Origin: Octopus sinensis
Lineage: Eukaryota
Length of the DNA: 64,000 bases
Reading direction: 5' to 3'
NCBI RefSeq assembly: GCF_006345805.1
Contig: NC_043002.1
Span: 8,432,001-8,496,000 of the forward strand
Positions 40,735-51,901 of the stretch are shown piece after piece (within the stretch, counting starts at the first letter, position 1; every line of letters begins with the position of its first letter). The notes beneath the pieces are model-generated. The model saw nothing but the letters and a program-made list of their open reading frames with translations. It was not told the origin of the DNA and did no database searches. The translations under genes were made by a program, and so were the position numbers.

Positions 40735-41094
40735 GCGAAGCTGATTCAGTATTGATAAAATACCTCATTGTGATAAACTGGTGGTGACTGAATTGTCCAA
40801 TTTATTTTGAAGTGTTTCACGAAGACCTTAATTAGGTAACCTTAATTATGAATAAATAAATAAATAAATAAAAAGCAAAAAGGTACATGCAACAGGTTGC
40901 TTACATAATTGAGTACAAATATTACCTGTGAAGGAGGGTTAATTGAATGACAATAAATTTGATTGTTGTGAGGAATGGATGAAAAAAAAAACAGATGTTT
41001 TAGATTAAAGATTCTTCATCAGAGTGAGTTCAAGTTATGATCCTCACCTGTTTCTTTAGATTATAAATTCTACCCTTGATCAAAATATCAAAAA

Positions 41095-41444
41095 CTAGCA
41101 CTATGAGGGTCATATTGCTAGTGCATGCATATACAGCTGCGTGCGTGCACACATACATGCGAGTACTGTCCAAATCTCAGACCAATCACATACAGTTAGC
41201 TGGCATTCAATTGGCGTATCAAGTTTCAGGCATTTTGGTTGGGTTTTGGATAGAAAATTCACAAAAAAGTCACTTCTATTGATTTTTTAATGGCTTTGCA
41301 GGGTGATTGGGGAAATGTAAAGATGTGCACGACCACCCTTGGACGGTTTTGAATGACCATAGAAAGTGCCAGCCCTCTAACTGAAAAATCGTGGATTTGT
41401 ATAAAGGACACACAGACATTTTGCCATTTATATATATATAGAGA
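41095..41444 (-). mobile_element. Helitron-like non-autonomous element related to 4735-5369
   Basis: 5' TCTCTATATATATATAAA; 3' CTAGCAATATGACCCTCATAGTGCTAG hairpin end. Confidence 0.65.
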
Positions 41445-41452
41445 TAACTTAC

Positions 41453-41575
41453 CATAGCTGAGAAATAGTCTTTCAAGAATTGCTCTTCCAGTGACTTGGC
41501 ACTCTTTAGATTGTCAACACAAGAGTTATATTTCTCCAAAATACGTTTTCCTTCTGTCGAGATCCATACATTTAA
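41453..41575 (-). CDS. PLEKHG4: Exon D, spectrin repeat helix A/B
   Basis: Acceptor TTTTTATTGCTACAG, donor ATG|GTAAGT; 123 nt, phase 0-0; LNVWISTEGKRILEKYNSCVDNLKSAKSLEEQFLKDYFSAM with the spectrin helix-A Trp. Confidence 0.87.
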
Positions 41576-44500
41576 CTGTAGCAATAAAAATTAGAAGAAG
41601 TGTTTAATCATAAGATTAAGTTTAAAAACTGCTGAAAAATTACTAATTAGAAATAGTTATAATACAACAGTCATCATCGTTTAACGTCCGCTTTCCATGC
41701 TAGCATGGGTTGGACGATTTTGACTGAGGGCTGGCGAACCAGATGGCTGCACCAGGCTCCAATCTTGATCTGGCAGAGTTTCTACAGCTGGATGCCCTTC
41801 CTAACGCCAACCACTCCGAGAGTGTAGTGGGTGCTTTTTACGTGCCGCCAGCACGGGGGCCAGTCAGGTGGTACTGGCAACAACCTCGCTCGAATCTTTT
41901 TACACATGCCACCGCACAGGTGCCAGTGAAGAGACATTGGTAACGATCACGCTCGAATGGTGCCCTTTTACGTGCTACGGGTATGGAAGCCAGTTGGCTG
42001 CTCTATATTATAATATGCTTCCAATAACACCTTATCATTACCACAAGTAATGCTACTATTAATCGTTATGTAATGAAGGAGTAAAAATTAATAGAGGATT
42101 GACCAAATCATAACAGTGCTGTACAAAATGATGCCTAAAAGCATTTTGTTATGATACTTTACATTCTGAATTTCAATAATGCTGAGGTCAGCTTTGCCTT
42201 TCAGCTTTCCAGAGTAGATAAAATAAAGAACCAATCAGAGCCTGGAGTTATGACATCAGCTAAACCACCCCTTTCACTTTCAACATTGTTGTTCTTGTGT
42301 CTAAATTAGAAACAACTACTCAATGGGTAAGCCTCTAGGGGGGTTAATCTATCTGATAGAAAGTGAAGCCAAATCTTCCTCAACTTGTATGATTTCAGGA
42401 AGATTTGGTTGCAGTTTCTAGCAGTGTCTTGCAAAGAACTTGCACATGCAAGTGCTACCAGTCAAAAACTCCGAATACCGGAAGCCAGCAAGTGTATGGG
42501 GTCATCAGGAGAGAATGTGCACCGTTTCGGGGCCTACTTCTCATAAGACTAAAATTTAAAAAAAAAAGAGCCACACTAGACATAGCTATACAAGATTTTG
42601 GATGGTCCTAGACTGTCTTTGGCCATGAATTCTGCTTCATTGGGTCTGCTGGTCTGGGTTCTACAATCATAAGTACAGTAACTATACTGCTACAACATTT
42701 TTCAAAGTATTGGATGGAGCATCAGATAGAATACCTGTGTTCTAAGTTCAAATCCTATTAATGTCAAATTTGTATTTCATTCTTTTAGAATCAATCCATC
42801 ATAACATTTTCCAATTTTAGGTATCGAGAAAGTTCAGAGAATGGAATAAATTACAAAGCAGCATGTAGTTTACTATATCAATGCATACAATTTTTGAAAC
42901 GGTTAGCAACATAGACCTAAATACAAGAAACTTCCATTCAGTCCAATGGAGATAATAGTGGATTGAAGAAATATTGGTAAAGTGGATGTTATAAATGTAA
43001 TAATATACATTCATCATCATCATCATCATCATTTAATGTCCGTGTTCCATGCTAGCATGGGTTGGATGGTTCGACTAGGGTCAGGTAAGCCATGGAGGCT
43101 GCACCAGACTCCAGTCTGGTTTGGCAATGTTTCTATGGCTTGATGCCCTTCCTAACGCCAACCACTCCGTGAGTGTAGTGGGTGCTTTTTACGTGCTACC
43201 GGCACTGGTGCCAGGGGAGGCTGGCAACGGACACAATCGGTTGGTGCTTTTTACATGTCACTGGTACAGAGGCCGGACGAGGCTGGCAAACGGCCACGAT
43301 CGGTTGGTGCTTTTACATGTCACCGACACAGACGCCAGTCAGGCGGCGCTGGCATCTGCCATGTTCGGACGGTGCTTTGTTAAAGGTTATTAGTACAGCT
43401 AGAAGGTGCAACTATTGTTCAATACTTAGCTGCAATAAACTGTAGAAAACATGGTGATGGTTTATACAAACAAGATATTATTATATGATACGAGTGGCTG
43501 TGTGGTAAGTAGCTTGCTAACCAACCACATGGTTCTGAGTTCAGTCCCACTGCGTGGCATCTTGGGCAAGTGTCTTCTGCTATAGCCCCGGGCCGACCAA
43601 TGCCTTGTGAATGGATTTGGTAGACGGAAACTGAAAGAAGCCTGTCATATATATGTATATATATATATATAAGTGTGTGTGTATATGTTTGTGTGTCTGT
43701 CCCCCTAGCATTGCTTGACAACCGATGCTGGTGTGTTTACGTCCCCGTCACTTAGCAGTTCGGCAAAAGAGACCGATAGAATAAGTACTGGGCTTACAAA
43801 GAATAAGTCCCGGGGTCAATTTGCTCGACTAAAGGTGGTGCTCCAGCATGACCGCAGTCAAATGACTGAAACAAGTAAAAGAGTAAAAGAGAAAAGAGTA
43901 AGGAAATAAATAAAGATATTTTAATAATAGAAACTGCTTAGGGATGTTGCAGAGGATTTCTTTGAAAAGTTATTCAGAAACTGTAAAATTTAGTTTTGGA
44001 GTAATTTAAAATGTTGCTTTAGAGAGATGAGAAGAAGATTCTTTTTTAGATGATGAAAGAATTTGTCTTTAGGTGATGCAGGAAATTGTTTTGAGTTGAT
44101 AGAATATGAGAGAAGGGGAAAGAGACGGAGAGGGAAAGAAAAGGGGGGAAGACAGCAGAGTTTGAATGAAATTTACAGCTATTAGATTTTAATTAAAATT
44201 TAAAATGAATCATCTCTCTTTATCTCACTTTGGAGATAATAAAGATGAAAATTCTAATGCACCACCAAAGGCAATAAGAGACTTATAGGGGCTGGTTTAT
44301 ACTTAACTCCAGTTTCACAGTGTGGTGCTGTTGGAGAAAACATTGTCAGAGCTCAGGTGCCTATTTGTCATAGCTCTAACGGTTAGGTGTGATTCGAATT
44401 TGGACAGGGAGACGTATACTGTATTAAATACACAACAAAATTTATCTACTTGGGTTTGAAGTGGAGACAAGAGTTGATAAGCCAATACAATAACTAGCTG

Positions 44501-44609
44501 ATCATTTTAATGAAACTGAGCATTTTTAAAGGGGGCAGAGAGAGAATGTGTGTGTGTGTAAAATGATTTACAACATGTGTAACAACAGTACTCCAGGTTT
44601 ATATATATA

Positions 44610-45484
44610 CAGAGTGAGGTGAATAAACTGTCGTCTAAATTATACAAATAAGAAAATAACACCAACATCTCATTTTAACAGAAATATTTACCAAAATTTA
44701 CATAAAAATATCTTGAAACACCAAAGAGTAAATTTATTCAATAAAATCGCCATTGGCTTCAACCATGGCTTCCAGATGACTTTGGAATCTCCTGCAACTC
44801 TTCTGGATAGTCTCCTTGTTTAAGTTGGTGAATGCTGCCATAATCCTTGCCTTCAGTTCATCTTTGGTGTTACAAGGAGTTTTGTTGGTCTCTCACTCAA
44901 CTGTGCCCCACACATAATAATTAAGGGGGTTGAAGTCTGGGAAGTAGGTGGCCAGGTTTTAGGGGTGATGTGGTTGCAGAAATTGTCTGACAACCACGAC
45001 TGGGTTCTCCTGCTTGTGTGGCATGGTGCAGAGTCCTGTTGCCAGACATAGGGTCTTCCTGCAGCCACCCTCTTGACGACCCAGGGCAGTACTGCCTTCT
45101 CCAGGCACTTGATGTAGGCCTCTGTATTGAGTCTGAGATTGTGTGGGAAGATGAATGGAGGTATAATGTCACCATCACAAGCGATCCTTCCAAACACCAT
45201 GCTGTTGATTGGATGTTTGATTTTTATCACTCTCGGTACATGTCCACAGATTGCACTGTCCTCAGATTGACACTCAAACACTCTGAAATGTTCATACTGG
45301 ATCTTCCAGTGTGAATGCCAAGCAGTACAGAATGCCGTTTCCAAATTTCTGGCAGAGTGAATTGTGTCATGGTGCTGTTTTTCTCACAGACAGTGTCCAA
45401 CTGACCCAATTATACTGTGTAGTCAACAAAATCATGCACGGAATTAAAAATATAAAATGGTGACAATTTACCCATCGTACCCTG
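44610..45484 (-). mobile_element. Internally deleted maT (DD37D) Tc1/mariner transposon
   Basis: Imperfect TIRs CAGAGTGAGGTGAATAAACTGTC / CAGGGTACGATGGGTAAATTGTC, TA flanks; WQQDSAPCH...WPP.(fs)SPDFNPLNY with 37 residues between the second D and the third catalytic position (mutated to N). Confidence 0.85.
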
Positions 45485-46479
45485 TATATATAGAGAGTTT
45501 GTTTTCTCCTAGAGTATAGGCTAGAGTTGCAAAACAAGTTTTATCAGGTTTTTATCATCACAGGAAACAAAATCTCAGTGCAGTATGGCGAATTACGTAA
45601 AGGGTCAGTTTAACAGTTTATTCTTGCCCTAATTATCATTACTGAGTTCTACTAAGCAGACATATATTTCTGTTGATGCTTCATATGTGAGTAAAGGTAA
45701 ACTTATTTGCTCCTCTATCATGAATTCACAATCATCATTATCATCATCGTTTAACGTCCATTTTCCATGCTAGCATGGGTTGGATGGTTCGGCCAGGGTC
45801 TGGGAAGCCAGGAGTCTGTACCAGGCTCCAGTCTGATCTAGTAGTGTTTCTACAGTTGGATGCCCTTCCTAATGCCAACCACTCCGTGAGTGTAGTGGGT
45901 GCTATTTACATGCCACCGGCACAGGTGCCAGGGGAGGCTGGCAACGGCCACGATCGGTTGGTAGTTTTTACATGCCACCGACAAGGAAGCCAGTCAAGGC
46001 AGCGCTGGCATCGGCCACATACGGATGGTGCTTTTTAGGTGCCACCAGCACAGGTGCCAGGGTGGGCTGGCAATGGCCACGATGTAGAGAATAATTTGCT
46101 GCTTAAGTAAAATAATCAGATCTTTCTTTTTAAGAGAGACATCATTTGTTTACCTTCCAATTATTTCTTCCCATTTAACAGTGAGCTTCAGATTGTGAGA
46201 GATTTGGCATCAAGTTTTATAATAGATTTGTTGATTTGTATATGTGTGGATGTGTTGCAAATGTCACCTGTGTTATATGTTAGGTTTAGGTTATTCCTAA
46301 CATTTCTTATTTTTAAAAAGTCCTGATAGATGTAAGTTGCAAACAATAACAGAAGAATCTTTTGTGAATTGAGAGAGCTTGCTATCATTTGCCATTGAAT
46401 GACAATCAGTCCAACTGGGAAAATAGGGGTGTTTAGGTTTCACCTTCCCCCACAGCCATTGGCATTGTTGTAGCTGATT

Positions 46480-46750
46480 TGTTTGTTTGTTGAGCGAAGC
46501 AGTCTTCGTCCCAGAGTGGAAGAAGTCCGAAACATGGTCCTTTGCTATTCGTAAGACCCGCAGAAGAGAAAACAGGTCAACCCTCGACACCGAGAGCATC
46601 GACGGATGGATGAATGTGCATCCAGGCTCAGCGGTTGCGTAGGAAGTCGGGGACAAGAAACATGAAGAAAGAGTGAGATAAAGTTGGAGCGAAAGAGTAC
46701 AACAGGGCTCACCACCACCCCCTGCCAGAGCCTCGTGGAGCTTTAGGTGT
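46480..46750 (-). mobile_element. SINE family D core with tail type 2 (5'-truncated)
   Basis: ACACCTAAAGCTCCACGAGGCTC core followed by a distinct tail ending (AAAC)n. Confidence 0.7.
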
Positions 46751-46951
46751 TGTAGCTGACACTGCAACTGCTGCCACCACCACCACCACCATCACTCCTA
46801 CTACCACCACCACCACCACCACCACCATCTTACTTGATTTATTCTGGACTTCCACCCTGTTGGTTTTTTTCATTTTGAAAACAAATTATCCCAAGTGCAA
46901 CACTTTACTCCACTATGAAATAGTTTAGAAAGAATTTATAGAAAAACTTAC

Positions 46952-47090
46952 TTTATTACATTCACTCTCGAAACCTCGAAGTTGAAGTCCTTGTTCAAGT
47001 TTATGAAAACGGTTTTCAGCAAGTTTAACTAAATTCTTCATTGAGTTCTGTAATTCTTTGTACATTTTTTTAACTGATACAAGTTCTTCT
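46952..47090 (-). CDS. PLEKHG4: Exon C, spectrin-like repeat helix (absent from ORF track)
   Basis: Acceptor TTCCTTTCAG, donor AAA|GTAAGT; 139 nt, phase 2-0 completes the split AAA codon; (K)EELVSVKKMYKELQNSMKNLVKLAENRFHKLEQGLQLRGFESECNK. Confidence 0.88.
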
Positions 47091-48171
47091 CTGAAAGGAA
47101 CAAAAGCAATACATGTTACCTACATATATGTGTGTTTGTGTGCATTTATAAGAAATCATTATTGTTGTCATTAGTGTAAACATTATGGTATTGTTGTTGT
47201 TGGCCATAGTTGAGCCGTTGTTGGGCCACCAATAATGCAAGTTTTACCAGTCTCCCATTTGAGGTAATCCAATTGAAGATGATTCAGTGTTTGTTAATCT
47301 TATCATACCAACTCATTTATGGTCTTCCTTATTTTCTCCTTCATCGGTTGCCATCACATGATAATTTTTGTCCAATATAATAAGAAAAAACAAACAAGCA
47401 AACAAAAATGAATTCAGTATAACCTGATTGCAGGCAGATTAATTAAGAGAAGTTAATTACTGAATGTATCATGTCTAAGTTCCTGAAAAACTGATGCAAT
47501 GTGAAGATTCACGCCTAATTTAAATGTTACCATATCAACAAACACTGTAGTGTTATGAACCAAAATCTTCAATTGACCTCAAAAGGAAAAAATTCTAAAC
47601 AATACCAACAGTTTACAGAACAGAAGCTAGACCCTAACAACAAAGAGGGAGAAGAAACTGTTAGTGTGCCAATTCAAAGTGGAAAGATCCACAAGTTGGG
47701 GGTAGCGGAGAATAGAGAGAATTGGTAAAAGTAGGCAATATTTTCACCAATGCAAAAAAGGGGAAATGAATGGGGCAAGCAGAACCAGATTTAAACATAA
47801 GACAAAGTTACAATTTAAGCTCACAGAATTCATGAGAAAAACCTTAAAATAATTAAAAGGTAATACACATTATCAACTTTTGTGAGACCATCTGGTGTGA
47901 TTTTAAGAAAAAGGCTCCAAATTTATGTGGCATAGAGTCTAATAAAGTTTAAATCTAGCAGTGAAAGCAAGATACATTTAAAAAAGAACAGGTAAGCAAT
48001 GGACAAAATTGCAGAAGACTATGAAAGAGATGGTGCCAAAAGATGAACAAATACTGGATCACTATCAACTTGTTGACATCAAGTGGAAAACTTGGAAAAC
48101 TTGCAATGTTGGTGATCCAACAACAGTTCAAACAATGGCCAACAGCAATACTATATTGTGATTGTGACATC

Positions 48172-48360
48172 CTTCGGTCATGAATGACCATGGAATTGCA
48201 CCTAGAAAGTTACCCTCCGAGGTACAAGTCCGGGCAAGGTTGTTTATGGAAGACCAGCAGTCGCCCATGCATACCAGCCTCCCCTCTCCACGCCACTGAT
48301 GTTATCCAAGGGAAAGGCAAAGGCCGAAACAGCTTGGTACCAGTGATGTCGCAGCTCATT
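48172..48360 (-). mobile_element. SINE family E 3' half
   Basis: Reverse-complement match to ~2795-2985. Confidence 0.7.
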
Positions 48361-48362
48361 TA

Positions 48363-48676
48363 TTAACGTGCAAGTGGATGAGCACTCCACCAACACGTGT
48401 ACCCTTAATGTAGTTCTCAGGGAGATTCAGTGTGACACAGAGTGTGACAAGGCTGGCCCCTTTGAAATACAGGTACAACAGAAACAGGAAGAAAGAGGGA
48501 GAGAAAGCTGTGGTGAAAGAGTACAGCAGGGTTCATCACCACACCCTGCCGGAGCCTCATGGGGCTTTAGGTGTTTTTACATCCAATAAACACTCACAAT
48601 GCCCGGTCTGGGAATCGAAACTGCGATCCTACGACTGCGAGTCCGCTGCCCTAACCACTGGGCCATTGCGCCTCCA
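48363..48676 (-). mobile_element. SINE family D, tail type 3
   Basis: GGAGGCGCAATGGCCCAGTGGTTAGGGCAGCGGACTC head and shared core, different 3' region. Confidence 0.75.
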
Positions 48677-49409
48677 CAGCAATACTATAATGCTTTTACT
48701 AATAACAACAATAATGATTTCTTGTATTTGCAGCAAGAACCTAAGATGTTGGAACAAAAAATGGTCAACTAAAAAATGAATAATAATAATAATAATAGAG
48801 GGGGATTTACATAGGATAAAAGGGTAAGAAAAATAATAAACAAAAACAAATATCAATCTCAGTAAGGAGGAAAATCACCAGAAGAAAGGATCCTCAAAGT
48901 GTAAAAATAACTGCTTAAGGTGGTTGAAGTCACCTCACATGTAACTTCAGATTATTCTGACATAAAAACCAGTGCATTCTCCTCATTCTTGCAGGAATAA
49001 TAACAAAACTGAATTAATAATATAAAGAGGCATAAAAGGATTGGAATAACAATATTAAGATGTAACAACTTCCAGTTCAAAAGTCTTTGCTTCGTGTCAG
49101 ATATATTTTGAGGAAGAGAATTTATGAATATAAAATAGGTTGGAAACTTTTAAAGTGGATGTGACATTCATAAAGAAGCAACAAAACCATTCAACCAAAA
49201 TGAAGGAATATTAAAAATAACAACAGACAAATGTGAAAGATGGAAAGTAATACTAGAGTATTGTTTTCTTAAATAGCTTAGAAAATGGGGTTAAGTGGCT
49301 TGGTGGTCGTGGTGATAGACAACTAATCCAAAAGACAAGTGTTCAATGAAACCCACAAGAGATTTTTGAAAACAAAGAACATTTTGTATATCTATTATAA
49401 TATTATCGC

Positions 49410-49800
49410 TATTGTTGTATTTAGGAATGGTCATTTTGCCAGTTTAGCCAATAAAAACACACGCACTATATATTTGGTGTTACTTTGCTTCAGCATTATT
49501 TATTTTTTACATTAATCTTAATCTTATTTCGGCCAGAGTTCTTTCGTCACACTCCTGTGACCTCATCAGTGGTCCTTTGCTTTCTTCTTTCTTATTTGTG
49601 TGTCTCTCCTTACTAACGGTCAGCCATTTTGTATTTTGTATTTTTATTGTATGTGTCTTCATTTGCGCAAAGTAACACCAAATATAAAGTGAGTGTGTTT
49701 TTATTGGCTAAACTGGCAAAATGACCATTCCTAAATACAACAATATCTGTTTCAACACATGATTTCACGTAAAAAATCTTGCACAACAAATATATAAACA
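49410..49800 (-). mobile_element. Penelope-like remnant with 79-bp inverted arms enclosing a hammerhead
   Basis: 49410-49488 is inverted to 49667-49745; hammerhead between the arms. Confidence 0.65.
49531..49575 (-). ncRNA. Minimal type I hammerhead ribozyme
   Basis: GGACCA-CUGAUGA-G-GUCACA-GGAG-UGUGAC-GAAA-GAAC-UC-UGGCC: intact core, 6-bp stem II, short stem III, CUC cleavage triplet, stem I CCA/UGG plus GG/CC. Confidence 0.75.
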
Positions 49801-50166
49801 TAATTTTGTGTTGATTTTATAAAGATATTATTTGATTTTATAAAGATATTATTAAATATTTTTTTGCAGTGAATTCTACACTTCAACAATACAACTAATG
49901 CTAAATATATTCAATCTTTTTGCTTCCATGTTTCTGTTGAAATACACTGCCTTTGTTATTTTATTTATTTTGAAAATAAGGAAGAATTTATCGAAATAAC
50001 TGTTGTTATTAAGTTGGTGTTTGAAACACAAATTAACATGGAATCTTGATGGAAAGTTCTATCATAGAATTAGGAACAGTTTCAGGTAAGTTGATCAAAA
50101 GAGAGCAATGAGAATTTGGTGTAACTGAAAACCCTCCTCAAGTGAAAAATAAAAGGTACCACTTAC

Positions 50167-50414
50167 TTGCAGCTCTCTATAGATTTTAGATAAGGGGCTT
50201 CTTCTTGTAGCTGATGAATGATGGAATGGCCGTCTTGTAGCAGCATCAATTGAGGGGCATCTAATATAGACTGCATTTGTTGCTCATGTTCCCATAAGAA
50301 CTGACTTGTTTCATCATAAGTGGAAGGAATGCGGTCATAGACGGTCAGTTGTTTCAGAGTGTCTTGGAGGTATTGGTCGACGAGCTGACAATCATTAACA
50401 AATGGTTCCAGTTT
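50167..50414 (-). CDS. PLEKHG4: Exon B, spectrin-like helical region
   Basis: Acceptor TTTTCAG, donor AA|GTAAGT; 248 nt, phase 0-2; KLEPFVNDCQLVDQYLQDTLKQL...HQLQEEAPYLKSIESC; in frame with exon A and exon C. Confidence 0.88.
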
Positions 50415-51424
50415 CTGAAAACAATAAAGTAGATGCCATAAAAGTCTATGCATAACATTGTAACCAAGGATTTTGATATTTGAGCCTAAATTTTCTTTAA
50501 AAAAACACATAACATACTGTGTTGCACATCTGCTTTAAGAGTAGCATCATTTTGCGGTTGAGCACTGGTGTAAAAAAAAAAAAAAGGCTTTCCATCCTCT
50601 AAAATTGCTGGCCCTGAGCCAAAATATGAAACCAATATAATAATTATTATTATTATAAGGCGGCAAGCTGGCAGAACCGTTAACACCCGGGTAAAATGTT
50701 TTAAGATGGTGAGTTGGCAGAAACGTTAGCACGCCGGACGAAGTGCTTAGCGGTATTTCATCTGCCGCTACGTTCTGGGTTCAAATTCCGCCGAGGTTGA
50801 CTTTGCCTTCCATCCTTTCGGGATCGATTAAATAAGTACCAGTTACGCACTGGGGTCGATGTAATCGACTTAATCCGTCTGCCTGTCCTTGTTTGTCCCC
50901 TTTGCGTTTAGCCCATTGTGGGTAATAAAGAAATAGGTATTTCGTCTGTCTTTACGTTCTGAATTCAAATTCCGCATGAGGTCAACTTTGCCTTTCATCC
51001 TTTCAGGGTCGATAAATTAAATACCAGTTGCATACTGGGGCCGTTAAACGGATGATGGTGATGATATATATATATATATAATTTAGTACATTTCCCCTTT
51101 ATGAATGAGTCTGCTGATTACTTCAAAGCATTGATAGGTCAGTTTTGAATGGTCTCTGTGATAAGTAATTTGTGCTGCTTGTCTGATTCTGGGTGAAGTC
51201 AGTACATTTAGAGGTAGTAGAAGATAAAATATGCAATTCAAATTTTCTTCTTGGTTTTTTTCATTATTTGTTCTCTTGAATTATGATTTATTTTCCACTA
51301 ATCTTCTCACTTGGATTCCAGTTTGGACATCACTCATTCTCTGACAGCAGAGTTGCACTGCCTACAATTTCTGATTGGCTGGTTATTCTCCCTCCCCCCC
51401 ACTTCTGTATAGTGAACAGTTAAA

Positions 51425-51678
51425 ATAATAATAATGAAATTATTATATACAGTGCTCAGGTGCACCACAACTTGTCAAAAGTGCATATAAAGTATATGCA
51501 GTAATGTACAAATGTCTGGAAAGCAAACAGTGTATGAGTCAGATACATGCTTGCGTGTGTATGGAGGGGAGAAAATCAGGTGTAGTGTTGGTGAATCTCA
51601 GGAAGCATGGAAGTTTTGAAGGATGCAGTGCTCCGACAACAAAGAACTGATGCCAGCAGTTTGTTCCATGCTTCAGCA
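51425..51678 (-). mobile_element. CR1-clade LINE extreme 3' end and 3' UTR
   Basis: Matches 7220-7340 (AEAWNKL.ASV...TASFKTSML) and continues to an (ATT)n tail. Confidence 0.8.
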
Positions 51679-51790
51679 AGTTGGTATTCTTGCTTTGAGC
51701 GTTCATATGTTGTTGAACTTGCTGGTCTAACAATGTAATCATTACCATTTAATGTTCATATTTGATGTTGTCAAGGGTTGGAAAAAAGTA

Positions 51791-51901
51791 AGCACTTAGG
51801 TTTTCCAAGTGGTCACCATCTAAGTTCTAACTAGGCTCAACATTGTGTAATTTTAGTGATTGATCAGGAACTGGTGCATTCCATGGGATAAAGCTATAAG
51901 C
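51791..51901 (-). pseudogene. Decayed 5S rRNA pseudogene (or 5S-derived SINE head)
   Basis: Minus strand reads ...GAATGCACCAGTTCCTGATCAATCACTAAAATTACACAATGTTGAGCCTAGTTAGAACTTAGATGGTGACCACTTGGAAAACCTAAGTGCT, colinear with metazoan 5S rRNA (GTTAGTACTTGGATGGGNGACCGCCTGGGAA block) with many substitutions. Confidence 0.7.

Noticed and set aside
41743-41943. Recurrent ORFs of type MAAPGSNLDLAEFLQLDALPNANHSES
   Set aside because: Antisense translation of family A repeat copies with inconsistent frames and stops; not a gene family
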